From Alphaproteobacteria bacterium (GTDB lineage: Bacteria; Pseudomonadota; Alphaproteobacteria; UBA828), in contig CBDCRW010000007.1 in assembly GCA_965221125.1 (NCBI GenBank), positions 256,001 to 320,000 on the forward strand: a stretch of 64,000 nt of DNA. The letters are read 5' to 3'. The notes under the pieces were generated by a model that was not told where the DNA came from, searched no databases, and saw only the letters and a program-made list of their open reading frames with translations. This document shows, piece by piece, positions 11,304 to 20,232 of the stretch. Both the position numbers and the translations under genes were made by a program. How positions within the stretch are numbered: the first letter of the stretch is position 1; every line of letters begins with the position of its first letter.

Positions 11304-12814
11304 CGGTCGCGGCCCTCACGAGCGAACAGGGCGGCGCCGGCGCCGGCGAGGCGGCCGAAGACCGCGCCAGAGACCAGGCCCGTGCCGCCCGGATAGTTGC
11401 CGTAGAAGAGCCCGCCCACCAGCTCGCCCGCGGCGAAGAGGCCGGGGATCGGCGCGCCCGAGACCGCCTGCACCCGCGCCTCCGGGTCGATGGCGAGCCC
11501 GCCGAAGGTAAACGTAATCCCGCAGGTGACGGCATAGGCCTCGAAGGGCGGCGTCTCGATCCGGTTGGCCCAGTTGGATTTTTGGGGGGCGATGCCGCGC
11601 GTGCCGCGGCCGTCCTTCACCGTCGGGTCGAAGGGCACCTGCGTCATCACGGCGTCGTTGTAGGCCCGCACGGTCTCGAGGAAACGCGCGCCGTCGATGC
11701 CCTCCATCCGCGCGGCGAGACCCTCCAGCGTGTCCGCCTTCGCCCTGGTCACCTGGCGGATGCGGTACTCGTCCCGCAGCAGGTGCGTCACCTGCGAGTC
11801 GAACACCTGCCACGCGACCTGTCCGGGCTGCTCCAGCACCCGGCGGCCGTAGGCGGCGTAGGTGTAGTTCCGAAAATCCGCGCCCTCGTCGACGAAGCGC
11901 TCGCCCGCCGCGTTGACGACGATCGCGAAGGGGTAGCTGTGCTTCTGGAAGCCGTCGCCCACGGAAAGGTCGCCGAAGGCGGGCGCGTTCCGGTCCCAGG
12001 CTACTGCGTGGCAGCCGGACCAGTGGCCGGCTGGCATCGCGCCGGCTTCCAGCGCCATGCGGATGCCGTCGCCCTGGTTGAAGCGGGTGCCGCGCACCTT
12101 GGCGAGGTCCCAGCCCGGCCCGAGATAGCGCGCGCGCCACGCGGCGTTGGCCTCGAAGCCGCCGCAGGCGAGCACCACCGCGGGCGCCCGGACTTCGACC
12201 GTGCGCCCCTCGATTCGCGCGCGGACGCCACGCACGCCGGCGTCGTCGGTAACGAGCGAGAGGGCCTGCGCCCGGTAGTGGACGGCGACACCCGCTTCCG
12301 CCGCGGCCTTGTAGAGCGCGGCGACGAGGCCGGGCCCCCCGCCCCAGGCCTCGACCGCAAGCCCGCCCCAGAAGCGGAAGCGGCCGTCCTCTCGCTTGAA
12401 AGCCTGGCGGCCGTAGCTCGGCTGCAGGCGCACGCCCTTCTCGCGCAGCCACAGCAGGGTCGGGTGGCTGCGCGTCACAAGCTGCTCGACCAGGTCCGGC
12501 TCGGCGCGGTACTGGGTGAGCCGCGCCATGTCGTCGTAGTAGTCGGCCTCGGTGTAGGCGCCGAAGTCGGTCTCCGCCAGCTCGCGGTCGGAGAGGTCGG
12601 GCATCAGCGCACGCAGCGCTTCCGCCCCGTCGAAGACCACCCGCATGGCGCCGGCGGTGTACGTGCTGTTGCCGCCGCGCTCCTCCTCCGGCGCGGCTTC
12701 GAGCAGAGCCACGCGGGCGCCGCCCTCGGCCGCGGCGAGCGCTGCCGTGAGCGCGGCGTTGCCGCCGCCCACGACCGCGACATCGGCCGCCAGCGTCTCG
12801 CCCATTCCATTCAT
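11300..12814 (-). CDS. tcuA: FAD-dependent tricarballylate dehydrogenase-like oxidoreductase
   Basis: VVGGGNAAL, GGNSTYTAGA, CGGFEAN, RFVDEG, GITFTFGGL, NYPGGTGL. Confidence 0.8.
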   Translation of the reverse strand: MNGMGETLAADVAVVGGGNAALTAALAAAEGGARVALLEAAPEEERGGNSTYTAGAMRVVFDGAEALRALMPDLSDRELAETDFGAYTEADYYDDMARLTQYRAEPDLVEQLVTRSHPTLLWLREKGVRLQPSYGRQAFKREDGRFRFWGGLAVEAWGGGPGLVAALYKAAAEAGVAVHYRAQALSLVTDDAGVRGVRARIEGRTVEVRAPAVVLACGGFEANAAWRARYLGPGWDLAKVRGTRFNQGDGIRMALEAGAMPAGHWSGCHAVAWDRNAPAFGDLSVGDGFQKHSYPFAIVVNAAGERFVDEGADFRNYTYAAYGRRVLEQPGQVAWQVFDSQVTHLLRDEYRIRQVTRAKADTLEGLAARMEGIDGARFLETVRAYNDAVMTQVPFDPTVKDGRGTRGIAPQKSNWANRIETPPFEAYAVTCGITFTFGGLAIDPEARVQAVSGAPIPGLFAAGELVGGLFYGNYPGGTGLVSGAVFGRLAGAGAALFAREGRDR

Positions 12815-12890
12815 GCGGCAGGGTTCATGTCGGGATCATCCCGGTTGACGGCGGTCGACGCTGGCGCCATTTGTGTTGTATCGTGTCAAC

Positions 12891-13142
12891 ATGCCTCGGG
12901 CCAAGCATCCGAAGCAGGAGGTCGAGAGTGCCCTACGCGATGCCGAACGTGCCGGTTGGACCGTAACGCCGACTCGCGCCGGGCATCGCTGGGGCGTGGC
13001 GACATGCGGCGTGGCGGGTCCGTCCGCTTGTCAGATATCAATCTGGTCCACGCCCCGCAACACCGGCAACCACGCCAGGCAGTTGCGGCGATTCATCGCG
13101 CGCTGCCCGCATACGGGGGCCGAGCGATCGGGAGACGGCTGA
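12891..13142 (+). CDS. Small HicA-like putative toxin
   Basis: 83 aa, GHRWG and SIWSTPRN...HAR motifs; upstream of an HTH gene. Confidence 0.55.
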   Translation: MPRAKHPKQEVESALRDAERAGWTVTPTRAGHRWGVATCGVAGPSACQISIWSTPRNTGNHARQLRRFIARCPHTGAERSGDG

Positions 13143-13143
13143 C

Positions 13144-13704
13144 ATGTCCACGTTTCACTTCACGCTGATCGTCGAGGGACCGGACCTTCAGGATGCGGCG
13201 TGCATCGACGCGCTGTTCGAGGCCGGGTGCGACGACGCGGCCATCGGCCGGAGCGACGGAGTCCAGTTCGTCGACTTCGACCGGGAGGCAGGCACGCTCG
13301 ACCGGGCCATCCTGTCGGCAGTGGACGACCTGGAGACGCTGGCAGGCGTCGAGGTCGTGCGCATCGCCGACGCCGGTCTTGCGTCTCTGGCGGATATCGC
13401 CGCCCGCCTCGGCCGCACACGGGAGAGCGTTCGATTGCTGGTGAGCGGTGCGCGCGGCCCCGGCGGGTTTCCCAAGCCGGTCACCGACCCGCGCGGCCGC
13501 TATCGGCTGTGGCGCTGGTCCGACGTGGAGCGCTGGTGCGTGGAAGAGCTGGGCGAGGCGCTGCCGATTTCGCAGGACGACGTCACGGCGGCCATCAGCG
13601 CCGCGCTGGAACTCCGCCATTTTCGCCGTGCAAAGGCGCCCGCAAGCCCGGTCACGCTGCGGGAGCTAGTCGGCATCGAGGAGCAGCGGGCGTCTTCGGA
13701 ATAG
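13144..13704 (+). CDS. DNA-binding protein, putative antitoxin
   Basis: LFEAGCDDA...DFDREA N-domain plus HTH LADIAARLGRTRESVRLL...FPKP. Confidence 0.65.
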   Translation: MSTFHFTLIVEGPDLQDAACIDALFEAGCDDAAIGRSDGVQFVDFDREAGTLDRAILSAVDDLETLAGVEVVRIADAGLASLADIAARLGRTRESVRLLVSGARGPGGFPKPVTDPRGRYRLWRWSDVERWCVEELGEALPISQDDVTAAISAALELRHFRRAKAPASPVTLRELVGIEEQRASSE

Positions 13705-13779
13705 GGGCGCCGAGCGCGGCGTGAGCCTTCCGCGAAGGGCCGGTGTACTATCCCGCCAGCCATGCACGGGAGGGACCGA

Positions 13780-13835
13780 ATGAGCGCAGCCGCAGCCGAG
13801 GGAAATCAGTCCGCGTCCGAGCTTCGCCTAGTGTG
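13780..13835 (+). pseudogene. Displaced 5' end of the flavin oxidoreductase gene
   Basis: GGGAGG RBS, ATG, MSAAAAEGNQSASELRLV joins in frame to RLVWEPLEIG at 52091. Confidence 0.75.
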
Positions 13836-14123
13836 CACTATTATTGACGGTCAGTAGGCGAAAACACTGTGACGTAAGGGTCGCTTGTTCCTCCTGTATC
13901 GGGATTACGCTACAATGGGTTAGGATCGATGTCAAGGACAGATGAAGCGGGGTTGGAGAACACATGGGCTGATCCTGTGTCTCTGGGGAGTTGCACGAGG
14001 GGAACCGGGTTGTGGTGTTTGCTGTGGAGCACTGGTATGGTTCTGATGATGGACATGGACCTCTCTGCGAGGACACAATGGCGGCATATATTATCGGGCG
14101 CGAGGAACGCCATAGGAATATAT

Positions 14124-14168
14124 TGACATATTCCAGTATGTCACGGAGCTGCGTGTCTCTGTGGTTTC
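14124..14168 (+). other. Candidate oriT
   Basis: TGACATA-N6-TATGTCA inverted repeat then GCTGCGTGTCTCTGTGGT, resembling MOBF nic sites; upstream of RHH genes. Confidence 0.4.
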
Positions 14169-14193
14169 GGGGCCCTACGGACGGCTGCCCGCG

Positions 14194-14556
14194 ATGAGGG
14201 AGGATGCCGGCGGACGCCGCCAGCGCGCGGTCATGGCCACCGATGCGGAGTGGGAGCGGATCGGCCGGGCGGCTGCGGCGAGCGGCATGGACCTGTCGCG
14301 CTTCGTGATCCATCGCGCTCTTGATCGGGAGCCTCTGCCGCCGGAGGTCCTGCGCCGGGCGGTGCGCGAGATGCTGGTGCTGTCCAGACTGGAGGAAAGG
14401 CGGCTGCGCGGGGCGGGCGCCGGTGCGGCCTGGGAGGACGCCTGCGACGCGGTGGACGAATGGATCGACCGCGAGGGCATGCTCGACCGGCTCACCGATC
14501 CAGGTGCTGCGAACCGCTGGAAGGCGGCGGGGTCGACCGGGGAGGACCGATCGTGA
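14194..14556 (+). CDS. Ribbon-helix-helix (MobC/TrwA-like) protein 1
   Basis: RAVMATDAEWERIGRAAAASGMDLSRFV. Confidence 0.65.
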   Translation: MREDAGGRRQRAVMATDAEWERIGRAAAASGMDLSRFVIHRALDREPLPPEVLRRAVREMLVLSRLEERRLRGAGAGAAWEDACDAVDEWIDREGMLDRLTDPGAANRWKAAGSTGEDRS

Positions 14557-14864
14557 CTGAGGAGCCTGCGCGGCCCCTAAGACGTCAGCGGAGCCTGCAC
14601 TGCAAGCCGGCTGAACAGGCGATGATCCGGGAGCGCGCTGAGGCGGCGGACAAGACCGTGTCGCGCTATATTCTGGAGCTCGCGCTCGCCGACGATCCGG
14701 ACCGCCATCCCCTGGTGCTGACGGAAGCGGAACAGGTGGAGCAGAGGGACGGGGTACGGGAGTTGCAGGCATTCGTAAGGGCTCTGCGGCGCGAGCTTCC
14801 GGGGGGCAGCGGGCTCAGCCTGCTGAGCGCGATCTCCGTCCTTGCGCGGGAGCGTTCGTCGTGA
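14553..14864 (+). CDS. Ribbon-helix-helix protein 2
   Basis: RSLHCKPAEQAMIRERAEAADKTVSRYI; GGAGG RBS; GTGA overlap. Confidence 0.65.
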   Translation: MTEEPARPLRRQRSLHCKPAEQAMIRERAEAADKTVSRYILELALADDPDRHPLVLTEAEQVEQRDGVRELQAFVRALRRELPGGSGLSLLSAISVLARERSS

Positions 14865-15433
14865 GACGGACGCGGCGTCGGCGGAAGGCGCGCCGGCCGA
14901 GCCGGCACATCTCGATCTCGGCGACGGACGCGGATTGGGAGGTGGTTCGCAGCAACGCGGAGCGGCGCGGCCTGTCGATCGCGCGCTACCTGCTGGAGCT
15001 GGTGGAACGGGACAGTGAGGAAGAGGACGCAGGTCCCGAACTGGCGCTTGCCAAGGAAGAGCAGCGTGAGCAGCTGGAGGCGCTGCAGGAGGTCCGCGCG
15101 CTGATGCTGGAGGCGGAGGCGGAGGATGCAGGTCCGCTTGTACGCGATATGCAGGAGCGGATCGCGGTGATGTTCGCAGCCTGGGCGTCTGCGATGGCCG
15201 GGTCGGGCCGCTCGGAGGAGCTGCGGCTGGCGCTCGCCTCGGTGCTTGGCGAGGAGCGGGCGCGTATCGCTGCGGCCTCGGTCGTACCAACCTCGGTCGT
15301 ACCAACCTCGGTTGTGCCGGCCTCGGCCGCGGTCTCGACCGCGGTCTCGACCGAGGCGCCGGCCGCGCAGCAGGAGGTCGCGCCTCAGGCCCCTGACGGG
15401 GAGACGGACCCCGGCCAGGACCGCCTGCTGTGA
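14861..15433 (+). CDS. Ribbon-helix-helix protein 3
   Basis: ISISATDADWEVVRSNAERRGLSIARYL; GTGA overlap. Confidence 0.65.
   Translation: MRRTRRRRKARRPSRHISISATDADWEVVRSNAERRGLSIARYLLELVERDSEEEDAGPELALAKEEQREQLEALQEVRALMLEAEAEDAGPLVRDMQERIAVMFAAWASAMAGSGRSEELRLALASVLGEERARIAAASVVPTSVVPTSVVPASAAVSTAVSTEAPAAQQEVAPQAPDGETDPGQDRLL
15276..15353 (+). repeat. In-frame tandem repeats (15-bp CCTCGGTCGTACCAA and 12-bp GCGGTCTCGACC)
   Basis: Encodes SVVPT-SVVPT-SVVPA and AVST-AVST. Confidence 0.8.
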
Positions 15434-15641
15434 GGCGCTCACCATGTGCGCCGCCGGCATGAACGAGGTGCGCGAGGCCGACCGAACTAGGAGAAAGATG
15501 GCGTGATGGCGCGATGCGGCGGCAGAAGAAAAGGGGAACGCCACAGGCCTGCGAAGGGGAGACGGATTCCCGCCGGGAAAGGTGTCCGTGAGACGGCCTC
15601 CATGTGCGCCGCTGGCATGAATGAGGTGCACGAGGTGGACC
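15430..15641 (+). repeat. Pair of ~50-bp imperfect direct repeats (15430-15483, 15587-15641)
   Basis: CCATGTGCGCCGC(C/T)GGCATGAA(C/T)GAGGTGC(G/A)CGAGG twice. Confidence 0.8.
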
Positions 15642-16037
15642 ACACGAGGGGACAATTGGCGTGACTGCTGTTGTTTTCCGGTCTAGCCGGATAGAAGCAC
15701 GGGTTTTTTTCTCACTTTGATTGGTTGGTGGATTTCCCGGGATGGTGGCCGAGTGCGGGAAGGACGCTGCCTGCGGCATTTTTTTGATCCTCAGCAGAAT
15801 CCTCATTGCTGTTGAAGCTGTGGAGCGGTGGGCGCGAGATCGGCGAGTGTGGTCAGGCGGTGGGCAAGCGCCAGCTTGTCCACGGGCTGTCCACACGGTC
15901 CGCAGGACGCCGATCGGTCCGCAGGACGCGTCCACGGCTCCACAGCTTGGCGGCGGCGGGGAGCGTCCGTAATCTTGGCCTCTCACTGAACGACAAAGAG
16001 AGGCCCGGGGGACGGAACTCCCGCCGGGCCAGGGCCG

Positions 16038-16673
16038 GTGCAGCTTCGCTACGAAACGGGGCTCACCAGCGAGGAATACGTTAAGACCGAGGCGTGGCGC
16101 GACGCAAGGCTTGAGCGCTGCCCGAATCACCCGCACGGCGGATGTTCTGTGGCAAGCCACGGCACCTACGAGCGGAAGACCCCGCCCGGCGCAAGGGTTC
16201 CTCGCTGGTATTGCCGTGAGAGCCATACGACCATCGGCCTGCTGGCCGACTGTCTGGCGGCGCGGCTGCCGGGCACGCTCGATGCGCTGGAAGCGGTTGT
16301 TGTCGTGGCGGAGGAGGCCGGCAGCCTGGAGGAGGCAGCGGACGAGGTGCGCTGCCCCGAGGACGAGGACGCCATCGAGCTTCCCGGCGCCGTGCGTTGG
16401 ATCCGCCGCAGGCTGAAGCTTGTGCACGACGCGCTTGTGCGCGTCATCGGCCTGATCCCCGACCTGCTCGCGGGCTGCGCGCCCACCATGAGCGCGGTGC
16501 GCGAGCGTCTGAAGAGCGACAGCGCGTTGATGGAACTGCGCGGCCTGGTCGCCGGGCAGCTCCGGACGCTACCCGCGCCTCTGGGCTTCCAACCCCACGG
16601 CATCGACGTGGGGAATCGCAAACCGCAGTTCCAACAACGGGCGGGGCCGGACCCGCCGCCGGAGAGTTCGTAG
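16038..16673 (+). CDS. Transposon accessory protein (Zn-ribbon + HTH, DUF6431-like)
   Basis: CPNH...HGTYERK...RWYC...TIGLL..CLA; directly upstream of transposase. Confidence 0.65.
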   Translation: MQLRYETGLTSEEYVKTEAWRDARLERCPNHPHGGCSVASHGTYERKTPPGARVPRWYCRESHTTIGLLADCLAARLPGTLDALEAVVVVAEEAGSLEEAADEVRCPEDEDAIELPGAVRWIRRRLKLVHDALVRVIGLIPDLLAGCAPTMSAVRERLKSDSALMELRGLVAGQLRTLPAPLGFQPHGIDVGNRKPQFQQRAGPDPPPESS

Positions 16674-16718
16674 CGTGACGATCCCGGGGCCAGGGAGTCC
16701 CTGAACGAGGATCGCACC

Positions 16719-18047
16719 ATGAACAGCTCAGACGACGACCTTCGCCAACAGATCGCGCTCTTCCGATACGACGTCATCGCCGATCTGGTGCATCTGCCCG
16801 TGGGTGCACCGGGTGCCGGCGCGATGATGCGCGCCAAAGCCGAGAAGACCTACACGATCCCCGGAACCACCAGGACCCGGGTCGCCGCCGAGACCATGCG
16901 GCGCTGGATCAAGGACTACCGCTACGGCGGCTTCGACGCGCTCTACCCCAAGCCCCGCACCGACCGGGGGAAGCCCCGGCGGCTGCCGCCCGAGGTCGCC
17001 GAGCGCCTCATCGCGCTGAAGACCGAGAACGACGCATTGTCGGTTCGCGCCATCATCCAGAAGGTCAAGGAGGAGGGTATCGACCACCCGCTCGCCTCGT
17101 CCACCGTGCACCGCCTCTTCAGCCGCGAGGGCCTGTTCGACAAGAAGCCGCCCGACGGGGCGGATCGCCGCCGCTTCGCCTTCCGGCATGCCGGCGAGAT
17201 GTGGATGAGCGACGTCATGCACGGACCCAAGGTCCGGCACGGCCGAACCCGGCGCAAGACCTACCTGATCGCCTTCATCGACGACGCCACCCGCGTCATC
17301 CCGTTCGCCGCCTTCGCCATGGCGGAGAACACTGCGGCGTTCCTGCCGGTGTTCAAGGACGCGCTGATCCGGCGCGGCCTCCCGGCCCGCTTGTACGTCG
17401 ACAACGGAAGCGCCTACCGCTCCCGTCATCTCTCCCTGGTCTGCGCCAGGCTCGGCGTTGCGTTGATTCACGCAAGGGCGTTCCAGCCAGCGGGAAAGGG
17501 TAAGATCGAGCGCTTCTTCCGCACCCTCCGGGCCGGCTGGCTCCGCCACCTCGGCGATGACGTCGACAGCCTGGAGGCGCTCAACCGCAGCCTCTGGGCC
17601 TGGATCGAGGGGGAGTATCACAACAGCCCGCATCGTGGCCTCGACGAGGGGCGCACCCCGCTTGAGCAGTGGGCGCTGGCCTCGGCCGGCGTGCGCTATC
17701 CCGACGCCACCATGGACCTCGACGATCTGTTCCTCTTCGAGGCCAGGCGCCGTGTCTACAAGGACCGCACCGTTAGTCTGAACGGCCGCGTCTACGAGGT
17801 CGACGCCCTCCTGGTGGGTCAGAACGTCATCCTGCGCTACGACCCGGCCGCGCCGCCCTCGCGCCCTCTCGACGTGGTCCATGACGGCAAGCCGGCCGGC
17901 AAGGCCAGCCCTCTCGACGCCTACGCCAATACCGCCGTCAGGCGCACCTACCCGGCCAGGGAGATCGAGGCCGAAGATCCGGCGCCCGAGCCTCCGCCCT
18001 CGCCGCTGGCCATGCGCAACCTCAAGGACAAGAAGGAGGACGAGTGA
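16719..18047 (+). CDS. DDE transposase (rve core, Mu-transposase C-terminal domain)
   Basis: WMSDVMHG, AFIDDATR, LYVDNGSAY, KGKIERFF, RRVYKDRTVSLNG. Confidence 0.9.
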   Translation: MNSSDDDLRQQIALFRYDVIADLVHLPVGAPGAGAMMRAKAEKTYTIPGTTRTRVAAETMRRWIKDYRYGGFDALYPKPRTDRGKPRRLPPEVAERLIALKTENDALSVRAIIQKVKEEGIDHPLASSTVHRLFSREGLFDKKPPDGADRRRFAFRHAGEMWMSDVMHGPKVRHGRTRRKTYLIAFIDDATRVIPFAAFAMAENTAAFLPVFKDALIRRGLPARLYVDNGSAYRSRHLSLVCARLGVALIHARAFQPAGKGKIERFFRTLRAGWLRHLGDDVDSLEALNRSLWAWIEGEYHNSPHRGLDEGRTPLEQWALASAGVRYPDATMDLDDLFLFEARRRVYKDRTVSLNGRVYEVDALLVGQNVILRYDPAAPPSRPLDVVHDGKPAGKASPLDAYANTAVRRTYPAREIEAEDPAPEPPPSPLAMRNLKDKKEDE

Positions 18048-18847
18048 TGTACCTGCGCCACTTCGCCTTCACCCGCCTGCCCTTCGAGACCCCGGCAGAG
18101 ACCGACGAGCTGTTCGAGTCCAACGCGCGCCGCGAGGCCGAGGCCAGGCTCGGCCACCTCATCGACCTGCGCGGCATCGGCCTGCTCACCGGCGAGGTGG
18201 GCTCCGGCAAGACCACCGTGTGCCGGCATCTGACCGCGCAGCTTCATCCAGGCCTCTACCGGGTCCACTACGTCTCGCTGACCACGGGCAACGTGCTCGA
18301 CATGTACAAGGCGATCGCGTGGGAGATCGGCCTGCCCATCGAGCGCTCCCGCGCCTCGGCCTATCAGGCCATCCGAAACGAGATCTCCCGCCTCGTCACC
18401 GAGGCCAAGCAGCTGCCGGTCCTCGTCATCGACGAGGCCCATCATCTGCGCAACGACGTCCTTGAGGACCTGCGCCTGCTCACCAACTTCGCCATGGATG
18501 CAGAGCAGCGCCTGTGCCTCGTCCTCGTCGGTCTGACCGAGCTCAGGCGCCGCCTGGCCATGGCCATGCACGAATCCCTCAGCCAGCGCCTCGTCGTCCG
18601 CCACCACCTGAGCGGTCTCGACCGCGACGAGGTCGACGCTTACATCAAGCACCGCCTCAGGCTCGCGGGATGCGAACTGCCGCTGTTCGAAGAGCCCGCC
18701 GTCGAGGCCCTGTTCCAGGGCGCGCGCGGCCTGCCGCGCCAGATCAACCGCATCGCCCACTACGCGCTCTCCGCCGCCGCTCTCGACGAGGCGAGGACCG
18801 TCAGTGCCGACCACCTGCAGCACGCGCTCGAGGAACTGCGGCCATGA
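18044..18847 (+). CDS. ExeA/MuB/TnsC-like AAA+ ATPase
   Basis: GEVGSGKTT, VIDEAHHL, LVLVG, GLPRQIN. Confidence 0.88.
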   Translation: MMYLRHFAFTRLPFETPAETDELFESNARREAEARLGHLIDLRGIGLLTGEVGSGKTTVCRHLTAQLHPGLYRVHYVSLTTGNVLDMYKAIAWEIGLPIERSRASAYQAIRNEISRLVTEAKQLPVLVIDEAHHLRNDVLEDLRLLTNFAMDAEQRLCLVLVGLTELRRRLAMAMHESLSQRLVVRHHLSGLDRDEVDAYIKHRLRLAGCELPLFEEPAVEALFQGARGLPRQINRIAHYALSAAALDEARTVSADHLQHALEELRP

Positions 18848-19884
18848 CCGGCTTCCCGACCCGCGCCCCGATCGAGCTGGAGGAGCGGCCGCGCGAGCAG
18901 CAATGGCTGGTGGACACGCTATGGGGCGAGCAGGCCGTCGGCATCGTCGGCGGCGAGCCGAAGTGCGGCAAGTCCATCCTGGCGCTGGACCTCGCGGTCG
19001 CAGTCGCCGCCGGCGTCCCATGCCTGCGGCACTTCGCCCCGGCCCGGCCTGGCCCGGTCCTGCTGTTCGCCGCAGAAGACGCCGGCCACCTCGTGCGCAA
19101 GCGCCTGCAGGGGATCGCCCGCGCCGCAGGCGCCCGCTTCGAGACCCTCGACATCGCCGTCATCGACGTGCCCACACTGCGCCTCGACCATCTCGACGAC
19201 CGCCGCCGCCTGCAGCAGACCGTGGAGCGCATCGCACCGCGCCTCGTGGTCCTCGACCCCCTGGTCCGCCTGCACGGCGTGGACGAGAACACGGTTGCGG
19301 ACGTCGCCCCGATCCTCGGCTTCCTGCGCGACCTGCAACGCCGCTTCGAGACCGCCGTCCTCCTCGTCCACCACGCCCGCAAGAGCGGGGCCACGAGGCC
19401 GGGGCAGGCCCTGCGGGGCAGCAGTGAGCTGCACGCCTGGGGGGACTCGAACCTCTACCTGCGCCGCCGGGACCGGCAGACCCTCATGACCGTCGAGCAT
19501 CGCGCCGCACGCGGTCTCGACGACATCGAGATCGAGCTCAAGGAAGACGGAGAGGAGCCCTCCTTCCGGCTGCGCCAGCCGCCCACGGCCGGCGGCGGGG
19601 CGCCTCAGCCCGAAACACCCGAATGCCGCGTTCTCAAGGCGCTCGCCGACGCCGGGGCGCCGCTCTCGCAACGCCAGATCCGGGAACGCGCCGCGACCCG
19701 GCACAAGACCGTCGGCGTAATCTTGCAAAAGCTCGTCCAGGAGGGTCGCGTCGCGCGCAACGCCGAGGGCGGCTACAGCGTCGTCGCAGGCGCAGCGGAC
19801 AAGCGGGCGGCGGCCGCCGCCGCCAACGGCAGCAGTCGGCCGCAGGCCCCGCGGTTCCCGGAGCCCGGTTCCGCCAACGCCTAG
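18844..19884 (+). CDS. RecA-fold AAA_25 / RepA-like helicase with C-terminal wHTH
   Basis: GGEPKCGKS, AAED, VVLDPL, LVHHARK, LRGSSELHAW; ATGA overlap. Confidence 0.8.
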   Translation: MTGFPTRAPIELEERPREQQWLVDTLWGEQAVGIVGGEPKCGKSILALDLAVAVAAGVPCLRHFAPARPGPVLLFAAEDAGHLVRKRLQGIARAAGARFETLDIAVIDVPTLRLDHLDDRRRLQQTVERIAPRLVVLDPLVRLHGVDENTVADVAPILGFLRDLQRRFETAVLLVHHARKSGATRPGQALRGSSELHAWGDSNLYLRRRDRQTLMTVEHRAARGLDDIEIELKEDGEEPSFRLRQPPTAGGGAPQPETPECRVLKALADAGAPLSQRQIRERAATRHKTVGVILQKLVQEGRVARNAEGGYSVVAGAADKRAAAAAANGSSRPQAPRFPEPGSANA

Positions 19885-20232
19885 GGGTTCGAGCCGGAAC
19901 CGCCGTCGGGAACCACCCTTCCCCAACGGTCCGGAAGGCGCTGCGCCTCCACCGGGATACTACGTCAGGTGAGCGGCCAGTCCGTGGCCGGAAGCTTGCT
20001 TCAGGCCATGGCAGCACTTCGTCGTGTGGACGGTGGCGAGTCACCCGAAGGGCCGAAGCGAAGCGCAGGAGCGGCGCAGCCGCTTGACGCGCCGACGGCC
20101 GCGCGACACCTCGTCAGCTCTCCTCAAGCACCAGTCCAAACCTCAATCAGACAGCGACCCCGGACCGCCCGCAGAGACCATGAGCTCCTACGCTTCGATC
20201 CGGAAAAGACCGAGCAATCTGGGAAATCAGGG

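Larger units (their letters stand above)
15672..20216 (+). mobile_element. Four-gene Mu-like transposon
   Basis: Imperfect inverted ends CGGTCTAGCCGGATAGAAGC (15679-98) / GCTTCGATCCGGAAAAGACCG (20192-212) flanking a DDE + ATPase operon; no TSD found. Confidence 0.6.

Noticed and set aside
13700-13900. tRNA or tmRNA as the integration target
   Set aside because: No cloverleaf or T-loop/CCA pattern at either island end.
18044-18847. ExeA as part of a type II secretion system
   Set aside because: Coupled to a DDE transposase, with no gsp genes present.
16038-19884. Tn7-like or CRISPR-associated transposon
   Set aside because: No TnsA, TniQ/TnsD, Cas protein or array detected.
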